The notes: generated from the sequence alone by a model not told the origin. 64,000 nt of DNA from Candidatus Poribacteria bacterium (GCA_965222225.1 CBDCTK010000002.1:4960001-5024000), one strand, 5' to 3'. Shown: positions 51,309-62,753, counted from the stretch's first letter. A program made the numbers and translations.

Positions 51309-52499
51309 TCACCGTTCAGCATTCAAGGTTTCCGGCACTACACGAAGAAAAAGCATTACTGCGATATAGCCGATTCCCGCTAAAACAAAACTAGAGGCGC
51401 CCAACCCCCACAGATCAGCGACATTTCCAACAAGGAGATGTCCCGCAGCCCCACCAAAGTCTCCTAGCAATCGCCACACACCGAGGAATTCCCCAGTACC
51501 ATCCTTTGGGGCAAGATCAGCCCCGAGCGTCATCATGATGCCCGATCCGACACCGTTGCCAAATCCGATTAGAATGGCTGTCCCCAGGAGGGTGCCAAAA
51601 CGTTCGGTGAACGGCATCAATACCATGCCTGTAGCAAAGATAAAGAAACATGGGACAGCCGAATATCTCCTACCAAATCGGTCCATAAGAAATCCTGCCA
51701 GCGGAAACAACGACATATCCACAGCCGAAGAAATCATGACGATTAGTCTGACGGTACGCGCCGGCAATTCGACATATTCACTGGCATACAAGGGGATTAC
51801 AACCCACCGTCCTTGGCGAAGTGTTTGAACGCAGATTTGGGCGAGACCGGCTGTTAGTAAAGTTCGGTGATGTGTTTTCAGCAGCCTTGGCAAGCGTCCT
51901 AAATTCAGAGAAAGAGGACTAGCAGAAGGATTTCTAGTTTCCGAGATAAAGAGTATACAAAAAATAGATGTCAACCCGCCGACAGCGAAGTATACAAAAA
52001 ATGGGGTGCGTAGGCTCGCGCCGAGGAAGATTGCAATCAGTTGCCCTCCGAAAGCGCCAATGCGGTTGATGCCTCCAAAGAGAGCAATTGATCGTCCCCT
52101 CTCACTTCTCGGAATAACATCTGTCATGTAGGCATGCCGGGAGAGCGACCATAAAGCCCCGCCTATTCCTCCAATTAGTCGATAAATGATGAGTTGAAAA
52201 ACATTGGTGGCGAGTCCTACACCGAGCATGGACAGAGCATCGAGCATGGCGCCGACAATCATTGAAGGTCTTCGACCAATTCGCTCAACCAAAATACCGG
52301 CGGGTAGGTTGCCGACGACTGCAACGGCAATGACGAACGTAGTCAGCCCATACGAAAGAGAAAAAGACTTCACATAAATTGCAAATGTCGGAGTGACGAC
52401 GCCTTGTCCGAAGGCGAGTAGAAGGGCTGGCAGATAAACGGGTAAGATTAACGAACGGCGGGAGAATTTTTCCTTGTCCAAATTTATGCTCAGTACCAC
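51309..52499 (-). CDS. MFS transporter
   Basis: GILVERIGRR and GFLMDRFGRR motif A repeats; about 12 TM segments. Confidence 0.9.
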   Translation of the reverse strand: MVLSINLDKEKFSRRSLILPVYLPALLLAFGQGVVTPTFAIYVKSFSLSYGLTTFVIAVAVVGNLPAGILVERIGRRPSMIVGAMLDALSMLGVGLATNVFQLIIYRLIGGIGGALWSLSRHAYMTDVIPRSERGRSIALFGGINRIGAFGGQLIAIFLGASLRTPFFVYFAVGGLTSIFCILFISETRNPSASPLSLNLGRLPRLLKTHHRTLLTAGLAQICVQTLRQGRWVVIPLYASEYVELPARTVRLIVMISSAVDMSLFPLAGFLMDRFGRRYSAVPCFFIFATGMVLMPFTERFGTLLGTAILIGFGNGVGSGIMMTLGADLAPKDGTGEFLGVWRLLGDFGGAAGHLLVGNVADLWGLGASSFVLAGIGYIAVMLFLRVVPETLNAER

Positions 52500-52726
52500 G
52501 GTATCTGCGTTCGTGCTAAGATGTATTGCCGAAAATGTAGATAAATCTTCTGATATTCGGAGTTATTGCTAAGTGATGGCGGCTCCTTCGCTCGTAACGA
52601 CCATATCTCATGTAGAGAATTTGTGCTTTGGTCAGATAGAAGTCATAACGCACAACGTCAAGGCTGGCAACCGGGTTCTTGGAATGCCCCGGAGTGTTGA
52701 TGGTAATGGACGATTGCCTCGTCAAA

Positions 52727-53272
52727 CTAGGTTTCCAAGTTGGAGAGGGCATCCTTAAAGCATTGATAAGTGACATCGTCAAAAAGAACGAATCGTACTT
52801 CCTCTATTCCCTGATGTGTGCCCACAAACTCTTTCACCGCGTTTAAGCCAATGGCAGCGGCTTTGGGAGTTGGGTAGCCGTAGATTCCCGTGCTGATTGA
52901 AGGAAAGGCGACTGTGCCTAGACCGTGCCGAAGCGCCAAAGCTAAACTTTCATAATAGCAGCTTGCGAGCAATGCGGGTTCATTTGAATTTCCGCCGCGC
53001 CAAATCGGTCCCACGGTGTGGATGACATACCGTGCAGGGAGATTACCTCCTGTCGTAATCACTGCTTGTCCCGTGGGGCATCCGCCCTGTCGAGAGCGAA
53101 TTTCGTTGCACTCCTCCATAATCTTTGGACCGCCGGCGCGGTGGATTGCCCCATCGACCCCGCCACCTCCCGCAAGCCGCTCATTGGCGGCGTTCGTGAT
53201 GGCATCGACTTTCTCTTTGGTGATGTCTCCTTGGACAAGCTTGATTCGTGTTTGGTTAATCGGTTTTTCCAT
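52727..53272 (-). CDS. Macro-domain O-acetyl-ADP-ribose deacetylase (YmdB-like)
   Basis: GDIT, NAAN..L.GGGGVDGAIHRAGG, VIHTVGP, AFPSISTGIYGYP. Confidence 0.93.
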   Translation of the reverse strand: MEKPINQTRIKLVQGDITKEKVDAITNAANERLAGGGGVDGAIHRAGGPKIMEECNEIRSRQGGCPTGQAVITTGGNLPARYVIHTVGPIWRGGNSNEPALLASCYYESLALALRHGLGTVAFPSISTGIYGYPTPKAAAIGLNAVKEFVGTHQGIEEVRFVLFDDVTYQCFKDALSNLET

Positions 53273-53346
53273 TTCCTCCGCCTCCAAGGCATCAACCATG
53301 CGATATCGGTCTGAATCCACGGACGTTAAGATAATGGCATTGCTAA

Positions 53347-54297
53347 CTACGTGATGTTCTTCACCGCGCTTGCCAGAATTTCGAAGATTAACTCTTCATA
53401 AGTGATTCCGTCTGTCTCTGCTTGGGCCGGGAGATCGCTCAATTCTGTTAAACCGGGAAGCGTGTTCAGTTCCATTACGTACGGCGAGCCATCCGTATCA
53501 ACCAACATATCCACTCTTGACGCCCCCCAACAACCGATTGCTCTATGTGTATTGACGGCAATTTCTTGCACGCTCCTTGTTAGACGGTCTGATAGTCTGG
53601 CTGGTAGGATGAATTCTGTCATCCCCTCGGTGTATTTTGCTTCGTAATCGTAGAACTCACGCTTAGGTACCAATTCAAGCACTGGTAGGGCGCGAAGATT
53701 CTCTTTCATCCCCAATAGTCCAACCGTGATTTCTTGGCCTTCAATATATTGTTCGAAAAAGATCCCTCCAAACTCGAATTGGGTCTTGTGGGCGATTCGT
53801 TTCAATTCCGGTACTTCTTTAACAATTGATACACCAATGCTTGAGCCTTCCGAGGTTGGTTTAATCACGAGTGGCAAGCCTAATCTGCCAACCGCTTCGT
53901 CGCATTGCTTGAGCAGATCGGCCTCCGGGTCCACAGCAAGATAGCCTGGCGTAGGGACATTGGTCGTGGACAATACACGCTTCGTCATAATCTTGTTCAT
54001 GGCAAGAGCGCTCGCAAGCACCCCCGAACCGGTATAGGCAATTTCAAAGGCGTCCAAAACTCCTTGAATCGTGCCATCTTCACACCCTTTTCCATGCAGC
54101 GCAAGGAACGCAATCTCGACGGCTTCTGATCGTATTTTGTCAATCCAGTCATCCGAGATTGGATCGATTGCGATTGGATTTGCGCCGAGATTTTGGAGCG
54201 CTGATATTACGCGAGCCCCAGACCGCAATGACACCTCTCTTTCGCTGGACTTTCCACCTAGTAAGACAGCGATTCGCTTGCTCAATAATCCTTCCAT
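53347..54297 (-). CDS. ddl: D-alanine--D-alanine ligase
   Basis: GGKSSEREVSLRSG, LHGKGCEDG, EGSSIGV, FYDYEAKY, ELNTLPG. Confidence 0.93.
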   Translation of the reverse strand: MEGLLSKRIAVLLGGKSSEREVSLRSGARVISALQNLGANPIAIDPISDDWIDKIRSEAVEIAFLALHGKGCEDGTIQGVLDAFEIAYTGSGVLASALAMNKIMTKRVLSTTNVPTPGYLAVDPEADLLKQCDEAVGRLGLPLVIKPTSEGSSIGVSIVKEVPELKRIAHKTQFEFGGIFFEQYIEGQEITVGLLGMKENLRALPVLELVPKREFYDYEAKYTEGMTEFILPARLSDRLTRSVQEIAVNTHRAIGCWGASRVDMLVDTDGSPYVMELNTLPGLTELSDLPAQAETDGITYEELIFEILASAVKNIT

Positions 54298-54319
54298 TTC
54301 CGTATCTATAATGTTCCTT

Positions 54320-54478
54320 GGCACTTGATGTTCCCGGGATGCTGTTGGTGAAACTCTGAAGGACATTATTCCTACCCCCAACATGGGTTGTGTTGGCTTC
54401 ACCTGTCGAACCGCTGCTCGATCGGTTCTGATAGAGGTCGGGGCCTTGGAGAGGCATCGGCATCACGAGATCACGGCA
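54320..54478 (+). ncRNA. Structured RNA, 6S RNA (ssrS) candidate
   Basis: GATGCTG/CGGCATC closing stem, CTCTGAAGG/CCTTGGAGAG, GGCTTC-ACCT/AGGT-CGGGGCC, GAACCG/CGGTTC; TATAAT at 54307-54312. Confidence 0.5.
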
Positions 54479-54606
54479 ATTATGCCATCTCGCCAAAAAC
54501 CAATATTTCGGTTCAACGCGCGGCTGCCAATTCGACTTGGATTCGACTGAGGTGTTCACACAAGCACGGTTATGCTTTTAACGCTTCACAACTGTGACCC
54601 TACTGC

Positions 54607-55485
54607 TCAACGCTGTACAAACCCGATTTCCTGCAAATCTTTATGTACAACCTGCTCTATTGGCGTCTGATTGGTAATACGCAAATAATTCGCCCCACGA
54701 TTCACACAAAATTGTCGCAAGTGGTTACAGAAGGTATCAAGTCGCCGTTTGTATTCGGTGTGTGTACCTTCATCAATCGTAATTTCTTTAGCGTTCCCAG
54801 TCTCTGAGTCTTCCAACCGCCATTCGCCCAAGAGTTGCGGATTTATTTCAGCATCTGCCAGAATTTGAATTAATGTCAAATCGAACTTGCGAGCCAGTAG
54901 CTGTTTAAGACCTGATGCGTAGTCGTTCATGTCAAGAAAATCGGAAATAATTACCACTACCCCAGCTTGCCGTGAATTCGTGATTAGATATCTCAGGCAT
55001 GTCGCCAAATCCGTTTTTCCCCCAACGTGGACGGCTTCAAGCGCTTTTGACATCTTAAGGAATTGGGATTTTCCATACGTTGGGGGAACTATCGGATGTG
55101 CGCGATTCGAGAAGACATGAATAGCAACTCGATCCAATCCAGTTAAACCGATGTAACCTAGGGCAGCAGCAACCTGCTTTGCCTGCGAGAACTTGGTTGG
55201 CTCGCCAAAGTCCATTGACTTGCTATTGTCCAACAAGATACTTACCGGCAGGTCCTCCTCTGCACGGAACAGTTTGATGAAAAGCCGATCCAATCGAGCG
55301 TATACGTTCCAGTCAACATTGCGCAAATCATTTCCTTGCTCGTAGACGCGGTAATCAGCGAATTCTACACCACTTCCTTTGTTGGCGCTACGTCGTTCCC
55401 CTTTGAATTTGCCTCGAAATACCCCGCGAGAATGAATATGTAACCGATCAATTCGCCTGCGAAATTCAACGCTCAAAAGTGTCAT
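54607..55485 (-). CDS. DUF58 domain protein (VWA-like, MoxR-associated)
   Basis: GSGVEFADYRVY..GNDLR.VDWN, LDNSKSM, VIISDF. Confidence 0.9.
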   Translation of the reverse strand: MTLLSVEFRRRIDRLHIHSRGVFRGKFKGERRSANKGSGVEFADYRVYEQGNDLRNVDWNVYARLDRLFIKLFRAEEDLPVSILLDNSKSMDFGEPTKFSQAKQVAAALGYIGLTGLDRVAIHVFSNRAHPIVPPTYGKSQFLKMSKALEAVHVGGKTDLATCLRYLITNSRQAGVVVIISDFLDMNDYASGLKQLLARKFDLTLIQILADAEINPQLLGEWRLEDSETGNAKEITIDEGTHTEYKRRLDTFCNHLRQFCVNRGANYLRITNQTPIEQVVHKDLQEIGFVQR

Positions 55486-55725
55486 AGCTCAGTAATCCGG
55501 TTGGTGTCAAACTTAACTCGTGTCATCTATTTTAACAGACTATCGCCGAGTGTGCAATATCAACCTGACATCGAATTTACGTCGCAATTTCCCCCTCCTA
55601 GTACAACCTTCCGGTACGAATGATTTCAGTTTGAAATCTATCCATTGTACAATAATTAACACCTGATTTAAGAATGTTGGCATTAGCATTTGACCATCGG
55701 ATAGCGAACCTGTTGGAATTTTCGC

Positions 55726-55754
55726 TTGCAACCCCGCCTCAAATATGGTATATT
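55726..55754 (+). promoter_or_regulatory. Putative promoter of the tRNA cluster
   Basis: TTGCAA-17 bp-TATATT with extended TG. Confidence 0.5.
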
Positions 55755-55783
55755 TGGCGTGCTTTTTCTTGGGGCTGTATCGA

Positions 55784-55858
55784 CGGGGCGTAGCGCAGTC
55801 CGGTTAGCGCATCTGCTTTGGGAGCAGAGGGTCGGAGGTTCGAATCCTCTCGCCCCGA
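55784..55858 (+). tRNA. tRNA-Pro(TGG)
   Basis: TCTGC-TTTGGGA-GCAGA anticodon arm. Confidence 0.95.
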
Positions 55859-55878
55859 TTCTTAAATTGATTGCTGAC

Positions 55879-55952
55879 GCGCCCGTAGCTCAGTTGGATA
55901 GAGCAACTGACTTCTAATCAGTAGGCCGCGGGTTCAAATCCTGCCGGGCGTA
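55879..55952 (+). tRNA. tRNA-Arg(TCT)
   Basis: ACTGA-CTTCTAA-TCAGT anticodon arm. Confidence 0.95.
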
Positions 55953-55966
55953 TATCCTTCCCCAAT

Positions 55967-56043
55967 GGTGGGTGTAGCTCAGGCGGTAGAGCGCTTGACT
56001 GTGGATCAAGTGGTCGTGGGTTCAAATCCCATCACCCACCCCA
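55967..56043 (+). tRNA. tRNA-His(GTG)
   Basis: CTTGA-CTGTGGA-TCAAG; G-1 and encoded CCA. Confidence 0.95.
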
Positions 56044-56177
56044 TTTCTTATGAGAATATCGAATATGGCGCTAAGGAACCGGATGGCTACCGTTATTGGG
56101 GCGCAAGCTTAACGTGACGACTCCAAAAATGAATCCGGGCAATTCGTTACTCTTTCGTGAACAGTATTCCGTCGTAT

Positions 56178-56251
56178 GCGTCCGTGGTTCAATTGGATAG
56201 AGCAATAGACTTCGGATCTATAAGTTGGGGGTTCGAGTCCCTCCGGACGCA
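56178..56251 (+). tRNA. tRNA-Arg(TCG)
   Basis: ATAGA-CTTCGGA-TCTAT anticodon arm. Confidence 0.93.
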
Positions 56252-56261
56252 TGTTTCTGAT

Positions 56262-56334
56262 GCGTCGTTAGCTCAATTGGCAGAGCATCTGACTCTTAAT
56301 CAGGTGGTTGAAGGTTCGATTCCTTCACGGCGCA
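56262..56334 (+). tRNA. tRNA-Lys(CTT)
   Basis: TCTGA-CTCTTAA-TCAGG anticodon arm. Confidence 0.95.
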
Positions 56335-56348
56335 CTAAATTCCTTTGT

Positions 56349-56433
56349 GGGCGGGTGTTGGAATTGGTAGACAAGATAGATTTAGGATCTATTGGGGTTA
56401 TTCCTCGTGAGGGTTCGAGTCCCTTCTCGCCCA
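56349..56433 (+). tRNA. tRNA-Leu(TAG)
   Basis: ATAGA-TTTAGGA-TCTAT; long variable arm. Confidence 0.95.
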
Positions 56434-56467
56434 TCATTCCGGATTCGCACGTAAACAGGAGGTCTAC

Positions 56468-57772
56468 TTGAACGTTGAACTTGAACGCCTAGAAAATGGT
56501 CGCGTTCGCTTAAAGATTGAAATCCCTGTTGAGGCCGTTAACGAAGAGCTCGAACGCAACTATCGGGCATTAAGAACGCAGGTTTCCGTGCCTGGTTTTC
56601 GAAGGGGTAAAGTTCCAATCGGTATGATCAGAGCACGATTTGGAGATCATATCAACTCGGAAGCCATCCATAATCTTGTCCTACCCGCTTACGAGGAGGC
56701 ATTGACATCTGAACTACTCCTCCCACTGAGTAATCCTGACTTTTCCCCTCCACTGAATCAGATTAGGGTCAAAGCGGGCAATCCTCTTGTCTTTGAAGCA
56801 AGTGTCGATGTCAAACCTAGTTTCAATCTCCCGAAATACAAGGATTTAGTTGTCGACAAAACTCCCGCCAATATTCCGCGCGAGCAGGTTGACAAGTACG
56901 TTCGAGTGTTGCAAGATCAACATGCAACTTATAATCCGGTTGAAGAAGAACGACCGGTTGGAGAAGGAGATTGTGTGCGAGTTGATGTAGAATGCTTCGT
57001 AGATAGTCAGTTTATAGAAGATTGGTCAAAACAGGATGCGGACATAGAGCTAGGTAAAGGCGACCTAAATGCAAAGGTCGAGGCGGAAATCGTGGGGATG
57101 CATCCCGGTGATACCAAAGAGATTGAAATAATCTTTGATGCAAGTGATTCACCTCCAGCTATCGCGGATAGACATGCGTTATTTAATGTGGTTCTACATG
57201 CAATTACTGAGAAGCAGGTTCCCGATCTTGACGACGAATTCTCTAAGGATTTGGGATATGAAAATTATGGGCAACTTTTCGGTGTCATCTGGAACAACTT
57301 AGTCGAAGAGGAGAAAGCCGTCAGCTACATACGTCAGAGGGAGGAAGTTTCACAACAGTTGATTGAAAAAACCGACATCAAGCTGTCGGAATCGCTCGTC
57401 GATCAATATGTAGAACAGAACATTCAAAATTTTCAACAAAAACTGAAACAGGACAATCAAACACCGGAAGAAGCGGGCGTTGACATGGAAACGTTGCCTT
57501 CACAACTTCGCGAAGATGTGATAAGACAAACAAAACTGTCGTGGATATTCGACGAAATCGCCAAAAATGAGGGCATTCGGGTTACGGATGATGAGTTGGA
57601 TTTGGAAATCCGTCGGGTTGCTGAACAACAGAATAGGGACGTACAGAAGTACACAAGTGCGCTTAAAGCAAGCAACCGGTTAGAAGAGTTTAGAGGACAG
57701 ATACGATCCGAGAAGATTTATCGGTTCTTGATTGATAAGTTCTCTGAAAAGGAATCTTTGATAATTACTTAA
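56468..57772 (+). CDS. tig: Trigger factor
   Basis: [10 protein letters not shown] ribosome-binding signature; AGGAGG RBS with TTG start; position before clpP. Confidence 0.93.
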   Translation: MNVELERLENGRVRLKIEIPVEAVNEELERNYRALRTQVSVPGFRRGKVPIGMIRARFGDHINSEAIHNLVLPAYEEALTSELLLPLSNPDFSPPLNQIRVKAGNPLVFEASVDVKPSFNLPKYKDLVVDKTPANIPREQVDKYVRVLQDQHATYNPVEEERPVGEGDCVRVDVECFVDSQFIEDWSKQDADIELGKGDLNAKVEAEIVGMHPGDTKEIEIIFDASDSPPAIADRHALFNVVLHAITEKQVPDLDDEFSKDLGYENYGQLFGVIWNNLVEEEKAVSYIRQREEVSQQLIEKTDIKLSESLVDQYVEQNIQNFQQKLKQDNQTPEEAGVDMETLPSQLREDVIRQTKLSWIFDEIAKNEGIRVTDDELDLEIRRVAEQQNRDVQKYTSALKASNRLEEFRGQIRSEKIYRFLIDKFSEKESLIIT

Positions 57773-57782
57773 GGCTGTTGCC

Positions 57783-58400
57783 ATGAATCTTGTTCCTATT
57801 GTTGTTGAACAAACGAGCCGTGGAGAGCGATCCTACGACATCTACTCACGGTTGCTTGAAGACCGCATTGTTATGATAGGCTCAGCAATTGATGATGCTG
57901 TTGCTAGCAATGTAATGGCTCAGATTCTGTTCTTGGAGGGGAAAGACCCTGACGCGGACATCGTGATCTACATAAATTCGTTAGGCGGGTCGGTTCCAGC
58001 TGGACTAGCGATTTATGACACTATGCAATATATCAAACCAGATGTGCAAACGTGGTGTCTTGGGCAGGCCTACAGCATGGGGGCAATCTTGCTTGCCGGA
58101 GGTACGGCTGGAAAACGATACGCTCTACCTCACTCGACGGCTCTAATTCACCAGCCGATTACCACAGGGATTAGTGGTCAGGCTTCCGACATTAGTATCC
58201 ACGCTACAGAGATTCTGCGGATACGGGAGGAATTATATTCAATTTTAGCAACCCATACCGGTCAACCGATGGAAAAGATTCAAGCTGACGCGGACCGTGA
58301 TTACTACATGACTTCCCATGAAGCACTTCAGTACGGTGTCGTTGATCATGTTGTATCGGAGCGTGGCGCGGTAACAGAGGAAAAGACCAAAGCTACTTAA
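57783..58400 (+). CDS. clpP: ATP-dependent Clp protease proteolytic subunit
   Basis: [27 protein letters not shown]. Confidence 0.96.
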   Translation: MNLVPIVVEQTSRGERSYDIYSRLLEDRIVMIGSAIDDAVASNVMAQILFLEGKDPDADIVIYINSLGGSVPAGLAIYDTMQYIKPDVQTWCLGQAYSMGAILLAGGTAGKRYALPHSTALIHQPITTGISGQASDISIHATEILRIREELYSILATHTGQPMEKIQADADRDYYMTSHEALQYGVVDHVVSERGAVTEEKTKAT

Positions 58401-58601
58401 GCTTGGCTGTCTCAATAGTCGTATAGAACGGAAATTTTACTCTAACTTAATTTTCAGTTTAACGCCTACATGACGGGAATGACTCTAGCGCTCTCACGAT
58501 TGTTGCGAGCAGCAATTCCCGTTTTGCAACATATACATCCTTGACAGTCGAGTTTAGTTGTTTCACCTAAAGAATACTTAGTACCCATTTAGAGATTGTT
58601 T

Positions 58602-59882
58602 ATGTCAAGTGGCATTGATGATAAAATTCGATGTTCCTTCTGCAATACGAGCAAGGAAGAGGTGCGGAGAAAACTCTTCTCGGCGCCCGGATCCTCTGGC
58701 GTTAGCATCTGCGATGAATGTGTAGACGTCTGTAATGAAATCCTTGCGGAAGAATATGAAGAGTACAATCAGGAAAAGAAGGAATCTCTTTCCAATTTCT
58801 CCGATCAATTGCCACTCGCTAGTCCTGTCGAAATCAAAGCCAAACTCGACGAGTACGTAATCGGACAGGATCAGGCAAAGAAGAATCTCTCAGTTGCAGT
58901 CTATAATCATTACAAGCGGTTAAAACACCAAAAGAACTCAGATATTGAATTAGACAAGAGCAACATTTTACTGATTGGCCCAACAGGCACAGGGAAAACA
59001 CTCCTCGCGCAAACGTTGGCGAAAATTCTTAATGTCCCATTTGCAATCACTGATGCGACGACACTAACTGAAGCCGGGTACGTAGGGGAAGATGTCGAGA
59101 ATATCATACTAAAATTAGTGCAAGCGGCGGATGGCGATGTCAAGCGTGCGGAAACCGGAATAATCTATATAGATGAAATTGACAAGGTCAGCCGCAAATC
59201 CGAGAACCCATCCATTACAAGGGATGTCTCCGGCGAAGGGGTACAGCAAGCACTGCTGAAAATTCTTGAGGGTAAAATGGCAAGTGTTCCACCACAGGGT
59301 GGCCGCAAACATCCCCATCAGGAATTCATCGAAGTTGATACAACCAAGATATTATTTATTTGTGGCGGAACGTTCATTGGTCTAGAAAAGATTATCCAGG
59401 AGCGGCTTGGGAAGCAGACCGTGGGATTTGGGTCCCCAATCCAAGCCAAGCACGAAAAGAAACTCCACGAGATTCTTGAACAGGTTATTTCCAAGGATTT
59501 GATTAAATACGGATTTATTCCGGAGTTTGTCGGTCGTTTGCCGGTCGTTGCGACGTTACACGAGCTTGACGAAGATGCGCTGATTCGTATTTTAACAGAA
59601 CCCAAGAATGCGCTTGTCAAGCAGTACACTCAGCTATTAGCCTATGAAGATGTTAAATTCCATGCGACGGATGAGGCGTTGAGCGCAATCGCCGGAAAGG
59701 TAATTGAGCGAGAGGCTGGAGCCAGAGGATTAAGAGCAATCTTGGAGAAAATCATGTTGGATCCGATGTATGAGATTCCATCATTAGAAGGTGTGCGAGA
59801 GTGTATAATTACCGCGGATTGCGTGTTGAACAGTAAACCGCCTGATTTGGTTCATGAAGATCGAGAAGCTATTAGCGCCTAA
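58602..59882 (+). CDS. clpX: ATP-dependent Clp protease ATP-binding subunit
   Basis: C4 zinc finger, [33 protein letters not shown]. Confidence 0.97.
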   Translation: MSSGIDDKIRCSFCNTSKEEVRRKLFSAPGSSGVSICDECVDVCNEILAEEYEEYNQEKKESLSNFSDQLPLASPVEIKAKLDEYVIGQDQAKKNLSVAVYNHYKRLKHQKNSDIELDKSNILLIGPTGTGKTLLAQTLAKILNVPFAITDATTLTEAGYVGEDVENIILKLVQAADGDVKRAETGIIYIDEIDKVSRKSENPSITRDVSGEGVQQALLKILEGKMASVPPQGGRKHPHQEFIEVDTTKILFICGGTFIGLEKIIQERLGKQTVGFGSPIQAKHEKKLHEILEQVISKDLIKYGFIPEFVGRLPVVATLHELDEDALIRILTEPKNALVKQYTQLLAYEDVKFHATDEALSAIAGKVIEREAGARGLRAILEKIMLDPMYEIPSLEGVRECIITADCVLNSKPPDLVHEDREAISA

Positions 59883-59909
59883 TTCAAACTAGTCCAAAAG
59901 GAGACTACC

Positions 59910-62390
59910 ATGGATCCTGATTCAGTTAACACCCGTCAGGACGATCAAAGCACCGTATTGCCCGTGATCGCGTTGCCCGGTAAAGTCATCTTCCCCCGAG
60001 TACGGCAGCCATTGATTGTGGCTCGCAGTATGGGAGTATTGGCGACGAAATATGCCATAAACACGAACCATATTGTACTGTTGGTGAATCAAAAAGAAAA
60101 AGACGTAGAAAACGCTGGGCCGGAAGACCTTCATCGCGTTGGGACTGTAGCAAATATCATTGAATCGTTCGACCCAAACGACGGAACCATTCGTATAGCC
60201 ATTGAAGCGAAGGCTCGCGCAATACTCCTGCGCTGCTTCGAAGAGGATGGCTTTTTGCAAGCGGAAGTAAAAAGAATCGACGAAGAGTCGGATCAATCAA
60301 AGCAAGCAGCGTCGCTTATGAAAAAGGCGCTTGCGAACTTCGAGAAATACATGAAAGCCCATAAACAGATGTCTCCTGATGCAGCAATTGTTGCACAAAA
60401 AGAGAAGGAGCCCGGGCTGCTTGCAGATACAATGATAGACTTCACAAATATCGACTCTGAAAAGAGGCAGGCTGTTTTGGATGAAATTAATCCAATCAAA
60501 CGCCTACAATTGGTCATTGACGATCTGTCTCAAGAGTTGGATCTCGTAGCAATCAAGGAAAAAATCAATACACAAGTCCGTGAATCTGTTCAGAAAACGC
60601 ATCGTGAGTTTTATCTCCAGGAGCAGATGAAGGTAATCCAAAATGAGCTTGGCAGGGGCGATGATGTTGCCGAGATAGATGAACTCCGTGAACAAATTAA
60701 GGCTGCAGGAATGACGGAGGAAGCTGAAGAGAAGGCTCTAAAGGAAGTCGATCGCCTACAGCAGATGCCGCCGATGTCTGCCGAGTCAGGTGTTATTCGC
60801 ACCTATATTGATTGGCTCCTCGCGGTGCCGTGGCAAGATCGGACCGAGAATAAGATTGACATTAATGAGGCGGAGAAAATTCTTGACGACGATCACTATG
60901 GACTGGAAAAGCCGAAGGAGCGAATTCTTGAGTATTTGGCAGTATTGAAATTGGTCGAAAAGCTGAAGGGTCCAATTCTTTGTCTAGCCGGTCCGCCGGG
61001 TGTTGGAAAAACTTCGTTGGGCAAGTCTGTCGCGCGGGCTACAGGGCGGAATTTTGTAAGAATGTCGCTCGGCGGCGTCCGGGACGAAGCTGAGATCCGA
61101 GGACATCGCCGGACATATATCGGGGCGTTACCTGGGCGGATTATTCAGGGGCTCCGGGACGCCAAGTCGAAGAATCCACTTTTTCTCTTAGACGAAATTG
61201 ACAAGATGAGCTCCGATTTTCGCGGCGATCCCGCCTCCGCGTTACTTGAAGTTCTTGATCCCGAGCAGAATGATACTTTCCGAGATCACTATTTGGACGT
61301 GCAATACGATTTATCAGAGGTAATGTTTATTACAACTGCAAACACGCGCGTTACAATCCCGCCCGCGTTGCAGGACAGAATGGAAATTATTGAGTTGCCC
61401 GGGTATACGGAATATGAGAAGCACAAGATTGCCAATCTGTTCCTGATTTCCAAACAGCTCAAGGAGCATGGGCTTGCAGATCGATCGATAGAAATTTCGG
61501 ACGAGGCAATCTCCGAAATTATCCAGCGGTATACTCGCGAAGCCGGCGTCCGAAATCTCGAACGTGAGATTACGAGTATCTGTCGAAAAGTTGCCAAGCG
61601 GATTGTAAAGAATCTGGCGACAGATGGTGAAGGAGATGGCGAGGATAAGCAGATCCATGTCAATACCGAGAACCTTAGCGAATACCTTGGTCCCCCCAAG
61701 TTTACCCGGACCAAAGCTGAAGAACAGGATGAAGTTGGTGTTGCCACCGGCATGGTCTGGACACAAGCAGGCGGGGATATTGTGGCGGTTGAAGCTACGA
61801 CTATGCCGGGAGAGGGGAAGTTGTCAATGACGGGCCTACTGCAAGAGATTATGCGCGAGTCCGTGCAGACGGCTGTCGCCTATATACGCTCTCGTGCAGA
61901 GCTGTTTAAAATCCCTCCGGATTTCTTCGAGAAACATGACGTACACATACACGTTCCTGAAGGTGCAGTGCCGAAAGATGGCCCCTCCGCGGGCATCACC
62001 CTTGCCACAGCCATCGTGTCGGTGCTAACAGGTCAGAAGGTCCGCAAGGACGTTGCCATGACAGGCGAAATTACCCTGCGCGGTCATGTGCTTGCCATCG
62101 GCGGCTTAAAGGAGAAGGTCTTGGCGGCGTACCGAAACGGCATAAAGACCATCATCATTCCTGAAGACAATGACAAAGATCTTCCCGAGATTCCCGACGA
62201 AATTCGCGACAATATCTGTTTCCATAAGGTCGCCGACATCACCGAAGTTTTAGCTTTGGCTTTGAAGGATGTTCAGACAATTGAAGGGGATCTGACCGAG
62301 GACGACGAGGTCGCCGAAGCGCTTGAAGATCTCGCTTTAAGGACGCCCAATGCGATTGGACAAGTTCCTACAGGTGAGTCGAATCGTTAA
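59910..62390 (+). CDS. lon: Lon protease
   Basis: GPPGVGKTS, GHRRTYIGA, PKDGPSAG, IGGLKEK. Confidence 0.97.
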   Translation: MDPDSVNTRQDDQSTVLPVIALPGKVIFPRVRQPLIVARSMGVLATKYAINTNHIVLLVNQKEKDVENAGPEDLHRVGTVANIIESFDPNDGTIRIAIEAKARAILLRCFEEDGFLQAEVKRIDEESDQSKQAASLMKKALANFEKYMKAHKQMSPDAAIVAQKEKEPGLLADTMIDFTNIDSEKRQAVLDEINPIKRLQLVIDDLSQELDLVAIKEKINTQVRESVQKTHREFYLQEQMKVIQNELGRGDDVAEIDELREQIKAAGMTEEAEEKALKEVDRLQQMPPMSAESGVIRTYIDWLLAVPWQDRTENKIDINEAEKILDDDHYGLEKPKERILEYLAVLKLVEKLKGPILCLAGPPGVGKTSLGKSVARATGRNFVRMSLGGVRDEAEIRGHRRTYIGALPGRIIQGLRDAKSKNPLFLLDEIDKMSSDFRGDPASALLEVLDPEQNDTFRDHYLDVQYDLSEVMFITTANTRVTIPPALQDRMEIIELPGYTEYEKHKIANLFLISKQLKEHGLADRSIEISDEAISEIIQRYTREAGVRNLEREITSICRKVAKRIVKNLATDGEGDGEDKQIHVNTENLSEYLGPPKFTRTKAEEQDEVGVATGMVWTQAGGDIVAVEATTMPGEGKLSMTGLLQEIMRESVQTAVAYIRSRAELFKIPPDFFEKHDVHIHVPEGAVPKDGPSAGITLATAIVSVLTGQKVRKDVAMTGEITLRGHVLAIGGLKEKVLAAYRNGIKTIIIPEDNDKDLPEIPDEIRDNICFHKVADITEVLALALKDVQTIEGDLTEDDEVAEALEDLALRTPNAIGQVPTGESNR

Positions 62391-62598
62391 GCAGCGAACC
62401 GTTGCCAATGCTGTGTGTAGTGGTGGGAAGATTTTGGTCAATGGGCAGAGAGCCAAAGCGGGCAAGGAGCTTGCTGTTGGTGATGTCTTGACCGTTACCT
62501 TCAGCGAAGATACTGAGCAGGTGTTTGAGATTGTAGAAATTCCCTCCGGTAATGTCTCAAGAGACAAGGCGCCTACCCTTTATCGTGTGCTCCGGTAA
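62350..62598 (+). CDS. S4-domain RNA-binding protein (YabO/RqcP/Hsp15-like)
   Basis: MRLDKFLQVSRIVKQRTVA...VNGQRAK. Confidence 0.88.
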   Translation: MRLDKFLQVSRIVKQRTVANAVCSGGKILVNGQRAKAGKELAVGDVLTVTFSEDTEQVFEIVEIPSGNVSRDKAPTLYRVLR

Positions 62599-62753
62599 AA
62601 ACTCCCTCTGCACGGGATAGGCACAATCAGCGGAGTGAAATTGTCTCGGATAGTGTCTATTTTTACGCTATCCGCGGGAAATTTCACCACAGCCGAAATA
62701 TGGTGGCAAACAAGTTCGTGTTGAAAGTCAGGGGCTCAAGTGGTCATGTGAAA

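Noticed and set aside
56178-56251. tRNA-Arg(TCG) as a mis-called tRNA-Sec or UGA suppressor
   Set aside because: The anticodon is TCG, not TCA, and it has a normal length with no long variable arm; no selC is visible in the window.
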